Assembly: GCA_964016885.1 (NCBI GenBank)
Contig: OZ024741.1
Coordinates: forward strand, 146,940,001 to 147,004,000
Length of the DNA: 64,000 nt
Reading direction: 5' to 3'
Source: Eledone cirrhosa
Lineage: Eukaryota
The position numbers and the translations under genes are program-made. Position 1 is the stretch's first letter. Each line of letters opens with the position of its first letter. Below, piece after piece: positions 29,221-41,894 of this stretch. The notes under the pieces are model-generated. The model saw only the letters and a list, made by a program, of their open reading frames with translations, had not been told where the DNA came from and did no database searches.

Positions 29221-31059
29221 TGTATGTATATATACATATTTGAACATTTCTATTTTATGACACATGATTACATTATATTTTATATATTACAACTATACTT
29301 ATGGAAATCACACTAGAGTAAGAGATAGGTTGCTTATGAACCAAGATTATAATCTTGTTTTGATTATTGATTAAAGCAAATAAACTTAACATTATGATGT
29401 TAATGTCTTTTTCACTGTTCTCTTCAAATATAAGACCTTTTTGTATCACCATTATAAATCAATATTACAAATGTATCTTTGGTGTCAATTATGTTTGTTT
29501 TAGAGGTGTATCTTGTAAATGACAGTGTATGTGTTTGCTACAATAGTAGCTATTTAAATGAATTGTACCAATAAAAATGCAGAGTAGTGAGGAAAATAAC
29601 AAATTGGAAATCAATCCAAGAACCAATGTTGATATAGATATGAAATATTTATAGAAATCTGTTTTGCAACAGTGAAAGTAACCAAAAATTATACATAGTG
29701 TTTCACATTACTAAGATGGATGGCAGGATAGAAAATACGGTAGTAAAATATATGAGAAATTAGAAGTGAATGCAAAGAAATAAGAATACATTTGAAATAT
29801 AAATTTAACACCTGGGAATTGGACAAAATGTGCCATGATGTGGGTGAGAAATGTATATTTAAAATGGTTGTCTTAAATTATTAAATAAAATCATATAGTA
29901 ATCAATCATTGACATTCTTGAAAGTGACTGATTTACAATAAGTAATATTTTAGATAGATTTTAGTAACAAAACTAAAAGTACAGTAATTTAGAAGAATCA
30001 GGAAACTGTCAGAGAAAACTCTTTACAGTATTTAGTTGGGTCCCTTAAAATCTGACTTTCAGTCCTATGAAGGTCAACTTTGCTTTTCAGTATTCCAGGT
30101 TTTATAAAGTATGTACTAGTTAGCTACATGGAGGGGGGGGTTAAGACAGTCAGGCTGTGTATATATGGTTTAGAATAGGTGCACTGTATCCCTTCATCCT
30201 CATCATCTTCATTTGATGTCTGTTTTTTCTACTAGCAGGGGTGGGAAATATCATTGTCATAAAAAGCAACTAAAAGAGATAGCACCAACAAGGGCATCTG
30301 CTCAAAAAACATCGTTTAAAAAAGGACTCTATGATGAGCAGATTTTCGTGGAACCTACAAAGCTAATTTCTGCTTTAACAGAGAAACATAGCTTTAAAAT
30401 GCTTACTACTACTTAGGTATATAGATCAATATAATAAATTGTTCTCTTCCTAAAATTGTGTGGCTGTGTTCCTAATTTAGAAATTAATGTGAAAGCACAT
30501 GGCTTATTTGTTAGGGTGTTTGGCTTACAATTGTAAAGTCATGTGTTCAATTCCTTGTTGTGCATTGTATCCTTCAGCAAGACACTTCATTTCATATTTA
30601 GATGACAAAAACAAGCAGTGCCTTTAATTCAAAGGTCCAGCTTTTGCCACACTCTGTGTCATGCAAAATCTCCTTTAAACTATATTAAGGATATACATGT
30701 CAATGGAATGTTCAGCCACTTTCACATTAATTTCATGAGCAGGCTGTTCTGGAACACTTACTACTGGAACCGTTGACGGGTCTGACAACAACAAAAATTA
30801 ATACAAAACCTCAAGACAGGGCTATGATTTGACATAGAGGACTAAGAACTAGTCTAAATACCATGTTTTCCTATAATCTTGATTTGAATTTTGCTCAAGC
30901 TGATTTTGCTTTTCTCTTCTAAATGGCTTATAAAATAATTTCCAAAAGATAAAATAGGAGACAACCCGGCTTGCTGTGCATCCACAGCTAAAACTCACAG
31001 CTTTCACTAGTTCACAGGATGATATAGTTCACCACTATATGCAGTAGTATTGTAGATTG

Positions 31060-31262
31060 GAAGAATTGGTAGTGTGTCAGACAATATGCTTTGTGGCATA
31101 GAGTTATGACTCTTTGCATTCTGAGTCCAAATGCTGCTGAGGTTAGCTTTGCCTTTCATTCTTACGAGAACAATAAAATAAAGCACCAGTAATGCACTGA
31201 GGTCAATTTAATTAACTTTCCCTTCCCCAAAATTGCTGGCCTTGTGCCTAAAGTAGAAATCA
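31060..31262 (+). mobile_element. tRNA-derived SINE, family 2 (Meta/MESC-like central domain)
   Basis: CTGAGT.CAAAT...GAGGT..ACTTTGCCTTTCATCCT...ATAAAATAAAGTACCAGT. Other copies near 40020-40235(-), 40310-40512(-), 43496-43692(-), 45340-45480(+), 59860-60010(-), 60880-61070(-). Confidence 0.75.
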
Positions 31263-33479
31263 CTATATGCAGTAATAGCAGAATCAAAATTAACGAGTGA
31301 ATTGTTTACATGTAACATTTATGACAACTCCTCATATGGAGCAGTTAAATGTGACAAATTGGAGGAAATTTGTCTTACATCCACTTTACATAGCAGTGTA
31401 GTAACAGTCCTCCCCAACATTTAACCCATGAGATGTGTGGAAGGATTTATTTGATCTTAGCAATAAACTGGGGTTGAATCGACCAACTGTATCCCTCTAA
31501 CTGTTTGAAAATAGTCTTGTGTGACTGGTCAGAGAAGATCAATATAAACACTAAACAAAGTAAATATAAATAGTTTTAATGGCAATGGCTTCCATTAAGA
31601 ATCTTTAGAAATAATTAGTGAAGGTTTCATAGTCATGTAGTGAATCACAGTTACACATCATCAGTTGTGCATATCATCGAATATATTAATGCTTTACTGT
31701 CTCTCTTCCTATACCCTTAGCAATATGTATGTATGCATGTATGTATGCATGCATGTATGTATGCATGTATGTATGTTCTCTCTTTCTCTTAATTTCAAGT
31801 TTAGTTTTGACCGGCCACCTTACTGGTGGCAAGGCTGTAAAGAAAGGAAATTGTCATCATCCCTTGTGTAGGTGTGGCGTTCATCTCTTGAATTGTAAGA
31901 ATGTTTACAAATTCTGAAGGTTCCAGATAAAGCAACCATTTGTAGCTTATGCATTAAGGAGTGATTTCTTTCTCCTCAAATCCAAGCTCAGTTTGGTCCA
32001 GGTAGGTTGGTATATAGCCTGTACCTCCAATAAGGATGACTATGAAGCTGAATGTGTATCTTGGATACTGGATCTGCAAAATCCTTGTCAATGGTCCATA
32101 GATATCTTCCTTCTCTTACATTTTTCTAATCACATTGACGTCAAGTGAGCAGCTGACTTCTACAACCAACAGAACATGTGTTTAATGTATGATCACAAAT
32201 AACAATATCAAGCTAGTTGTGCTTTAATTTGGTGGCTGTTTTTATTTATAGGTTCCACCAGTATTCCTCTGAGCCCTCTGTCTTAACATATTCTTTCCTA
32301 TTTGATTTGATTTTCATCTTCTAGAATGCATTCCAGATCATCCTAGTTATCACATCATGCCTTTTTTGTGTAGTAGGTACATAGGGATTTCTTGTTCCTG
32401 AATTACATGAAGATATCCTTCAAAGTTGGATGCTGTGAACTTGTCAGAACTCCATGTCAAGCTTTTAGTATGTTTTATTCCCTCTATGTTTTGTGCTTGT
32501 CATTTCAAGTCTCCATGTACAACCTTCACAGTGAATTGGACATTTTTTTCATTTTGTTCAAGCATTGAGTAGTCTTCCAAAGTTCCTGAAAAAGAGATTT
32601 GTATCAGGCTATATTTCATGTTTCTCTTATCAATCAGTGGTTATCCTAACAATATTTTTATATTCATAAATCTGGGCAAGATGGCTGCTGACATTTTTCT
32701 TCTATTGAAAATGTTGCTTTAATATTATAAGTATATATGTATACACACACATATATACCTATATACACATATATATCATCATCCTACATTATGGCTCTCC
32801 AACCACTCACTCCTGGACCAAGCAGAACTTGACTTTCAACATTAAAAACCACCTTCAAGAATTGCCTTAACTCTCCCTTGCAGTTTCTAATATATCCATT
32901 TATCCATGCCCACATACAAACACATACCTATCTGACTCCAGCCATCATCCCAATACACAGCTACTCACACAATACTCTTATATGCCACCCAACACACATA
33001 TATACCTCTACACATATAACCCTCACACACATGTATAACCACCCTATCTGATCTATCGATCTATCGATCTCACCACATACACACTGTTGCAATATACTTG
33101 CATACATCTCCCCACAGTCACTCTAAATATCATCTACCTTAACTGCCTCCTGGCTTTTAGGTTCATGCACGCTTATGTGCATACACATATGCATAAACAC
33201 ATGCACATGTATGTGCATCACACACTCCTGACACCCAATAACAGGTGGCAGTCACTTGTGTACTTGTGCCTCTTGTATGTGATACTTGTACGCATCAATT
33301 GTAAATGCTTCCCAACATTTATTCTGGGTCCCTACCATATCCTGGCTCTAGCCCCACCCCAGGCGTACAGTTCAGTAGTCTGTGATTGCACTGCCGTTGT
33401 GCCATACACAATAATAAGCACTATCCCTTTTGGCCACACACATGACATGGGACAGAGCAACTCACATGGATGTGCCATG

Positions 33480-33810
33480 GTCTTCCTTGTTCTGCAACAC
33501 CTTCAGATCACGTCTACTTGAGTGCCTGTGTTTGGTCACAAATGATCATGGGCTTTGCACCTAATGATTTTCCATCTGAGGCACAAGTGCAGGCAAGGTT
33601 GTTTGAGGAAAACCAACAGTCACCCATACATACCTGTCTTCCCTCTCCACTCTACAGATGTTGTGCAATGACTAATACAACTTGGCATCAGTGACATCAC
33701 ACTTCATACCTACAGCTGAGTAAACTGGAATAATGTAAAATAAAGTATCATGCTCAAGGACTCAACGCATCACCCTGTCTGGGAATTGAACTCACAACCT
33801 CACGATTGTC
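33480..33810 (-). mobile_element. CORE-like SINE with a third tail type
   Basis: Minus strand has the B box GAGTTCAATTCCC and TTGAGCATGATACTTTATTTTACATTATTCCAGTTTACTCAGCTGTAG, matching the head of 34928-35260. Confidence 0.6.
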
Positions 33811-34334
33811 TGTGTATGTAGGCATATATAGTGCACCTGAGCACTTTACACAATAATTTCATTATTATTAGTATTATTATTATATAAAGGAACTGCACTC
33901 AAACGTATGCATGTGAACACTTACACACCTACGCAACTAGTCACCCAATTTTGTTCCCTGCCTTAGTCACCTAATGTGTGTGAGTGCACACCCTCATGAC
34001 TATACACTTCCAAAAGCAATGCTAGCTTTGTCACTGTCTGACGTACATAAGACATTCATACCCTCAAAGCTTTGCACATACACACACACATTCACTCAAA
34101 ATATACAAGAACTATCTCCCTTTTAAAAACACTCATATCTAAGATACATTTTCTGTTTCTTCTTACTCTCAACTCTCTTTCTATTTCTTGTTCTATCTCT
34201 CATTTTATCTTCTGGTGGATGATTAACATCTGAAACCTTAAAACTCATACTATATTATCAATATATATGTTCATTGTTCTGTATCATTCCCCTGTGTTAT
34301 TTTTCCTCATTGATTTATCACATACATATGTATC

Positions 34335-34905
34335 ATTAACCTCATCATTTTATCTTGGTTTTTCCATGCTTGCATCAGTCAGATGTCTTTTCCAGCACAA
34401 CATTCCTCCATTTGTTGTGGTTCTTTGTCATCTCTTCTGTGAAGTTCAGTAGTTTGGTATCAGCTTTCAGAACTTCCACCCAGGTCTTCCTTTGTGTCTT
34501 TCTACAGCAGCTTCCTTCCACTGGGATTTTTTGGCACTTCTTTATCCAACATTAATCAACCATAAGCATCACATGTCCCTACCAGTGCAGTCTTCTCTCC
34601 TGCACACTGAACTTAGTTCATTTTATACCCAAATTTCTCTCAGCACATCCATGTCATTCATGCATATTAACATAGCACATTCATCAAAGCATGTTTGCTT
34701 CATTACTCACCAGCCTTCACATTTCTTCTAAATTCACTATCCTAGTAAGATCGCATATTGGACACAGGTATTATGCAACCAGCCTTTGATTTGTAGAACG
34801 AAACCTTTTGTTGTCAACAGAAGTAGTAGCTCTTTGAACTTTTTCCATCCTGTTCTTATTCTCACTACTATACTCTCAAAACAACTTTCTCCACTGCTAA
34901 TTAAC
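34335..34905 (-). mobile_element. Old RTE 3' fragment
   Basis: RIRTGWKKFKELLLLL and a WxGHV-like segment. Confidence 0.8.
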
Positions 34906-34927
34906 CATGTGTATACATACACGCATA

Positions 34928-35260
34928 TTAGTGGTTAGAGCATTGGCCTTGCAATCGAAAGGTTGTGAGTTCAATTCTCAGACCGGGTGATGTGTTGTTT
35001 CCTTTAGCAAGACACTTTATTTCACATTGCTCCAGTTTACTCAGCTGTAGAAATGAGATAGGGACTAGGGTCCATATCATTCCACTGCAAAGTGGTCGTG
35101 GAGGTGCCACGACAAAAAAGCACCCAGCACTCACTGTAAATGAGGTTGGTGTTAGGAAGGGCATCCAGCTGTAGAAATCAAGCCAGAATCTGTTCCCGTC
35201 CCATCCTTGCAAGCAGGGAAAAGTGGACGTAAAAGGAAATGATGATCAAATGATGATGAT
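34928..35260 (+). mobile_element. CORE-like SINE with RTE-derived 3' tail
   Basis: TAGTGGTTAGAGC A box, GAGTTCAATTC B box. Tail AAAAGCACCCAGCACTCACTGTAAATGAGGTTGGTGTTAGGAAGGGCATCCAGC matches the RTE 3' UTR at 6393-6447; (GAT)n end. Confidence 0.9.
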
Positions 35261-35267
35261 ATATATA

Positions 35268-35650
35268 TCATCATCATCATTTCACATCCGCTTTTTCCAT
35301 GCTTGCAAGGGTGGGACAGCAACTGATTCTGGCTTCATTTCTACATCTGGATACCCTTCCTAACACCAACCTCATTTACATTGAGTGCTGGGTGCTTTTT
35401 TTCCATGGCGCCTACACATCCAGTTTACAGTGTGGGCTGGGTGCTTTTTTGCCGTGACACCTCCACGACCACTTTGCAGTGGAATGATAGGGACCCCAGT
35501 CCCTATCATCTCATTTCTACAGCTTAGTAAACTGTAGCAATGTGAAATAAAGTGTCTTGCTCAAGGAAACAACACATCACCCGGTCTGAGAATTGCGCTC
35601 ACAACATTTTGATTGCAAGGCCAATGCTCTAACCATTAAGCCATGTACCT
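35268..35650 (-). mobile_element. Same SINE family in the opposite orientation (tail-to-tail)
   Basis: Reverse complement of 34928-35260 with one extra tail repeat unit. Confidence 0.9.
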
Positions 35651-35652
35651 CC

Positions 35653-35697
<45 letters not shown>

Positions 35698-35848
35698 ATA
35701 CTTTGGGAGGGTCATGTTGCCAATAAGAAACACACGCTCCAGTTGCTTTCACTTCAATTTAATTTATTATATATTTATAAATTTACAAATTTATAAATTT
35801 CTGGTTGGTTGGTTGGTTCCACAACCAGATGGTTGTTTATATATATAT

Positions 35849-35893
35849 AGTCATAGTTCTTTCGTCACACACTCTGTGACCTCTTCAGTGACT
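35849..35893 (-). ncRNA. Minimal type I hammerhead ribozyme (left arm)
   Basis: Exact reverse complement of 36026-36070. Confidence 0.8.
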
Positions 35894-36025
35894 GGGGATT
35901 TCTTTCTTCGTTTCTGTGCCTTTCCTTTCTTCTATCCTACGCCATTTTGTTTTGTTTGTGACACACAAACAAAATGGCGTAGGATAGAAGAAAGGAAAGG
36001 CACAGAAACGAAGAAAGAAATCCCC

Positions 36026-36070
36026 AGTCACTGAAGAGGTCACAGAGTGTGTGACGAAAGAACTATGACT
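36026..36070 (+). ncRNA. Minimal type I hammerhead ribozyme (right arm)
   Basis: AGUCA-CUGAAGA-GGUCACA(GAGUG)UGUGAC-GAAA-GAAC-UA-UGACU: intact core, 5-bp stem I, 6-bp stem II with one extra G, minimal stem III. Confidence 0.8.
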
Positions 36071-36283
36071 ATATATATATAAACAACTATCTGGTTGTGG
36101 AACCAACCAACCAACCAGAAATTTATAAATTTGTAAATTTATAAATATATAATAAATTAAATTGAAGTGAAAGCAACTGGTGCGTGTGTTTCTTATTGGC
36201 AACATGACCCTCCCAAAGTATAACAATATCGGTTTCAACACACGATTTCAGATAAAGAATCTTGCTAAACAAATTCAGAAACG

Positions 36284-36335
<52 letters not shown>

Positions 36336-36418
36336 GTATGAATATATATATGTATATATGTATGTATGTATGTATGTATGTGTATATATATATATATGTA
36401 TGTATGTATGTGTATATA

Positions 36419-36454
<36 letters not shown>

Positions 36455-36475
36455 TGTATGTATGTATGTATGTAT

Positions 36476-36971
36476 GGGTGACTTTGGACATCCTGCAGGA
36501 CTAAAAACAAAACCTGTCAAAGGGCAAAGGAGCTCTTAAGAGTCAATGGCCATCCAATATCACCGGCAGAGATGACCCCTTAGCCTTTGTCAAGGCAGAA
36601 TTCTAGGAGAAGGAAAACTCTGATATAACACCTGCAACCCTGATGGTATCCAATGATTTGACTTGTTCTTCTTTTTGGTACATATCATCTTGGTTAAGAG
36701 AGTGGGACTGGCTTTGTGCAGTGCCTTTGCTCACTATAAAAGCTTCACGGCACAGGCATTGCTTTATATCTGGAGATCTCTCTGCACTTGTCGTCACATG
36801 GTACCATAGTTCCAGCACTATGTGTCAATAATTGTCACAAGTGTAGTGTTTGTACCAGAGTTTTCAAGTCGCTGGCTGGACTAAAAAGTCACACTCGTAG
36901 GGGTTTGGTAGGGGTTCTCCTACATGGATATAAAGTAGTGGCCGTACTCGAAAACGAGTTGGCAGCCACCA
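36476..36971 (+). mobile_element. Short bipartite non-autonomous RTE derivative (5' end joined to 3' end)
   Basis: RTE 5'-region motif CTAGGAGAAGGAAAACTCTGA, then a terminal C2H2 finger HKCSVCTRVFKSLAGLKSHTRR and a 3' hairpin (ACTCG-AAAA-CGAGT within GTGGC/GCCAC). Flanked by (TATG)n. Confidence 0.6.
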
Positions 36972-38356
36972 TGTATGTATATATATATATATATATATAT
37001 TCCACTGGCTAAACTAGAATAATCTACTTAGTTCTAAATTAAAAAATGTGAAAATATAATAGAAACAATGTGCAAGTGTTGAATATCATTAACTTGTTAA
37101 CTTAATAAGTTGGTACCACTAGTCACAGTACAGCAAGTTGTGAAATGTGTTAGACATTGGGTTAATTCCAATGAGTGTTCCAGTTGGAACAGACATGTAA
37201 TTGTCAGTATGTGAACAAGAGTGAATTACAAGAGCAACCAATTTTTATTAGCTGAGTGGAACTGGTTAACTTGAAATAAAGAGTTTTACCCACGGACACA
37301 ATGCACCACTATGAATCAAACTTATAACCTTACAATCTTGAACTGAAGACCTTAACCACTCAGCCACATACCTTCACGACTTTTGAAATAGACTCTGACA
37401 AGAGTGACATATACATATGATAATATTATTAAAAACCCCAAATCTCATACAATCTGATAGGTTAAGAACACATTGTCAACATATTCAAACCATTTATTTT
37501 ATCTATCATTTATATTCTGAGATATATGCTGCTCTCATAATAAATAAGAACCTTCTTAGCAATTTGTTTGTTCCCTTGAGCAATATATGTTATAATTTCC
37601 AAGACAATTCATTTCAAACTCAAAATGGTCAATAATATGAAAATATGTGCCAGAAAAATTTATTCGATTGCTATCTGAATTAGATTCAAGCAAATACAGC
37701 AGCTCGTTTTATAATTGGGTAGCATTATGTCAAATAATATGGCTTCTCATTATTTTGTAGCTGCAAGTTTTGATATTTAAAGTAGCTAAGAGTTGTGAGC
37801 TAGAGAATTGGTGAAGCTCCTGGCTATTTGGTTTCATGTCTTTATATGTATAATATATGCTGATGAGAACCACTTTGATTTCTATCCATATAAGATTGGT
37901 AAAACAAGTAACTGTGATATACTGGGGTATCTGTGATTTTTAAATATTTTTTTTAATTATAAAAATGTTGAGGGATTTAGCATTAGCAATATAACTTTCT
38001 TATTAAGTTGGGGTTTTTTTGTAACATAACAAATGTCCTTACATATAATTATGATAGAAGGTTTTTAGATAAATATAAACACTTTAATATAAACAGTTTT
38101 AGAGAGTAGCACTGAAGGCAGTTTCAGGTGATGTCTCAAAAGGGTTAACTCAAGTTTGCCTAACTGGCTAAAAAAAAATGCTTCACTCCTATTTCGTAGT
38201 TTAGTGGTTAATAGAAAAAAGGCCATCATCATCATTGTTCGACTGCAGTAGCAGATGGTTTAAACCCCTTCTCTCCACTCACTGCAACTTTCATAATCAC
38301 ATATCCAAAAAAATGTAGCTAGCACAATTTGAAGACTCCAATACTTAACTGGTACA

Positions 38357-39368
38357 TCTATAATATTATAAAGCTGAGTGTCATGTGTATTATGTATGTA
38401 TGTATGTATGTATGTATCCTACATACCTCCCTATAGTTTTTTAGCTTTACTCTCTCCGTCGCTCTTCCCTCTCTCTATAATAGATCATTCCCCTCTCTAT
38501 AATTTAACTGCTTTACTCTCTCTGTCGCTCTTCACTCTCAAATATTATAAAGCTGAGCGTCGTCCCTTTTTCACCCTCTCTATAATTTAACTGCTTTACT
38601 CTCTGTCTCTCTTCACTCTCTATATGACAACACTCTTTTACTTTCCATATCTACCTTCAATATATCAATATATACCCAGGTTCTGTTGCATGTCGGGCTG
38701 AGGGGGACAAACTCCTCAAATACCGGTCGCTCTCCGACAGGTTTGCGGTCGTATCCCTGGCAGTGGAAACTTCTAGTGTCCTCGGCCCCGGGGCTACCTC
38801 CTTACTCACCACCATAGGCGCTGAGCTGGCCAACCACAGGTGTGAGCCCGCGAGTTGGAGTGGCTTTTCCAGCGCATCTCCCTTGCTGTCCTCCGGGGAA
38901 AGGCCTTCTCCATTCTGTCTGCCGGGCTGTGGGTGGGCCCCATCATGTACGGTTGTAGTTGTTGTATACAGATATTAACTCATCAATCCCATTATTTATA
39001 TCATATATCAACATAGAGATGAGCGTCGTATGTATGTTTATTTCAAAAGGATAACCTCCTTCAAATTCGGTCAACACACAAGCAGGTAATACATACATCA
39101 AAAGGCAACCCTCTTAGAGAGACAGAGAGTGAAAGAGACAGATTAGGAAAACTACACACACACACACACATCTAAAGAGAGAGAGAGAGGAGAGAGAGAG
39201 ACAGGGAAAGAGAAACAGAGGGACGGGCAAGCAGGTAATACATACATCTAAAATCATTTGGATACAAATATCATAATATAATGGTTGCAGAACGAAAATA
39301 CAGACAAATATAATAATGTATGTATCCCACACACATTTTCTGTCGTCACTCGCATAAGTAACACACAC

Positions 39369-39399
<31 letters not shown>

Positions 39400-39939
39400 A
39401 ATACACATACTTTCACACCTGATTTTGCCAATTGCAGGATAACATCAAATCAAAACACAGACACACACATGCACATACACACATACACAAACACACATAC
39501 ACATACACTAACACACACACACGTATCTATAATTTATATGTATGTATGTAAGATCATTCCCCCTCTCTATAATTTAACTGCTTTACTCTCTCTGTCGCTC
39601 TTCACTCTCTATATGACAACACTGTTTTAGTTTCCGTATCTCCCTTCAATATATACACATAGAGAGAGAGAGCGGGAGAGAGAGAGGGAGAGAGAGAGGG
39701 AGAGAGAGAGAAAGAGAGAGAGAGAGAGAAAGATTAGGAAAACTACACACACACACATCTACTGAGAGAGACAGAAAAACAAAGGGAGAGGAAAAGAGAA
39801 AGATCGGCCGTTAGACCGAGAAAGATACAATTAAAGTGTTAGTTATTCAGAGAGGGAGAGAGAGGGTGTGTGGTATCTTTGCAGTGGAGTGGTGGGGGCA
39901 GGTATACCTAGCGAGGCGCCAGCCGGACGGGCCAGATAG
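38357..39939 (+). mobile_element. Non-autonomous Helitron
   Basis: 5' A|TCTATAATATTATAAAGCTGA followed by (TATG)n. 3' GC-rich decayed hairpin CCTAGC...GCCGG, then CAGATAG|T (CTAG variant). Internal duplications 38482-38676 vs 39551-39656. Confidence 0.7.
38669..39002 (+). mobile_element. 5'-truncated CRE-clade copy inserted in the Helitron
   Basis: KLLKYRSLSDRFAVVSLAVETSSVLGPGATSLL. Flanked by ATATATCAA at 38660-38668 and 39003-39011 (candidate 9-bp TSD). Confidence 0.75.
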
Positions 39940-40544
39940 TATTCTATTAATCTTAAATGAATGAATAATAAATTTGATATTGGCAAAATTTGATCATTGG
40001 CTGTAAAGTGATATGTTTAATAATTGTTTCTACTTTAGGCACAAGACCAGCAATTTGAAGGGAAGGAGAAAGTCGATTAAATTACCTCCAGTGTTTACTT
40101 TATTTTATCAAACCTGTAAGGATGAAAGGCAAAGTTAACCTTGGCAGGATATGAACACACAACGTAAAGAGCCGTAACTCTAAGCTACGAAGCATGGTGT
40201 CCAACGCTCTACCAGTACTGCTAATCCACTCCCCTCTGACATGTTTAATAATGCAAGTCATATTGTCCAGTGCTGTTTACAGTTCTCTTGATAATAATAA
40301 TAATGGATTATAATTTAGACACAAGGCCAACAAGTGGGGATGAAGTTGATTAAACTGACCACAGTACTTGACTGGACCATCATTTCATTGATCCCAGGGG
40401 GATGAAATACATAGTTGACCTTCGTAGAATTTGAACTTAGAAAATATAGAGTCAGAGCTAAATACCACAAAGCATTTTAACCAATGCTCTAATGATTCTC
40501 CCAATCCAGCACCATAATAATAATAATAATAATAATAATAATGC

Positions 40545-41484
40545 TTTCTTTATTAACCACAAGGGTTTACACAAAGTAAGACATTAAGGATGGTACATTC
40601 AATACAGGATGGTACAAATGGGCCTTACTGCGTGTAAAAAAAAAAAGAACAGAGGATGTAACAAAAAAGGAACAATGAAAAATTCCCCAATAGGGGGGAG
40701 ACTTCCAAGGGCCATCGTGGAGAAAGCCCATTAAAAAAAGCCACGGTGACCCTGGCCATCAGGGCAAGTGCCCTCTTCCAGTTTTCCACCTTTAATTTAC
40801 AGGCACATACTCAGAGTAGGCCCATTCACTCAGGCCATTCTTGCCTCTCTCACCCATCTTTCAACAAAATGCTGGGAAGAGAGCACTTCCCTCTCTACCT
40901 TGATTTTTCTTTTCAAATGAAATTTGAAAAAGTTAATCAGGGCATCACCGAAGAGGTAAGTGCTCGTCTTCAGCCCTTTCAGACGCGTCCACCATACTAT
41001 CTCTTTCGCCATGGCCACCAAACAGATAAAAACTGCCTGCCCTTCCCGGCTAAAGGAAGAGGGCGGGGCAATCCTCACGATGGCCTCAGCTGATAGCCAG
41101 ATTCTTTCTACATGCGACAACAGGTGTTCGACATAAATCCACAAGTCAGCAATGCTCGGACACTGGACGAGTGCGTGCAGGACGGTTTCGTTGCCCTGCG
41201 CGCATCTCCGATATGCCCGGCTGATGGCAATTTCATGCCTGTAGAGTTTATCCAGAACTGGCAAAAGCCCCTCGGTAGCACTGCCCGGCCAGGGATTTCT
41301 GGAAATTGTCCATAGGCCCCAGCCTGAAAGTTCTTCTGAAGAGATTGGCTAGTTGATTTTCGTCAATGCCTAGAGTTTCCCCAAGTACGTCGTCGCTCTT
41401 CCCCTCCACTAATCCTCTATAGAACACCAAGGTGGAGTTTCCACCGATCACATTGCCCGACTGGTCGAGGGCTGTGAGCGCCTG
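40545..41484 (-). mobile_element. Tx1-clade LINE 3' fragment
   Basis: FQKSLAGQCYRGA, LDKLYRH, RRCAQGNETVLHALVQC zinc knuckle. Ends in (AAT)n. A second 3' UTR stub lies at 41485-41595. Confidence 0.85.
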
Positions 41485-41599
41485 AAAAGGGTTTACACAA
41501 AGTAAGATATTAAGGACAGTACAGGACAATACAGGACAATACAGGACGGTACGAATGGACATTTCTGCGTGTAAGAAAAACAAAAACAGAGGATAATAA

Positions 41600-41862
41600 T
41601 AAGGCGCACTAGGTACTATCTCAAAGTGTTTCCAAGGATGGTTAAAGAAGTTAAAATGATGAAGTTAAAAAGTTAAAAGTTAAAAAGTTAAGATGGTTAA
41701 AAGTCCAGCCCCGCTTTTTGGAACACTTCCAAAGGCATGCTTGCTGAGAACAGTAAGAAACCTCCGATACGCCCTGAATATCTGAGGCTGAAGGTAGCGG
41801 CTTGATATTCATTTCAACAAACTTTCCAGTTAAATAACATCAATGACTGAGACTCAAAGAAC

Positions 41863-41865
<3 letters not shown>
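41600..41865 (+). mobile_element. R4/Dong-like RLE retrotransposon 3' end
   Basis: GALGTISKCFQGWLK...TVRNLRYALNI* (frameshifted), short 3' UTR, (AAT)n on both sides. Confidence 0.6.

Positions 41866-41892
<27 letters not shown>

Positions 41893-41894
<2 letters not shown>

Larger units (their letters stand above)
35690..36287. mobile_element. Penelope-like inverted pseudo-LTR: ~540-bp palindrome plus 58-bp unpaired tail, in (TA)n
   Basis: Arms 35690-35960 and 35964-36229 are reverse complements (about 2 substitutions and one 5-nt bulge); loop ACA. One hammerhead per arm. Confidence 0.85.

Noticed and set aside
31800-32700. Possible decayed minus-strand LINE endonuclease region
   Set aside because: Only vague motif remnants; could not assign family or boundaries by eye.
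35957-36226. Solo LTR reading (TG...CA, TATA, AATAAA) of the palindrome arm
   Set aside because: No 4-6-bp TSD or PBS/PPT; the hammerhead, inversion and unpaired tail fit a Penelope-type pseudo-LTR better, though an LTR is not excluded.
35693-36241. Two near-identical ORFs on opposite strands
   Set aside because: A consequence of the palindrome; no recognisable protein motif.
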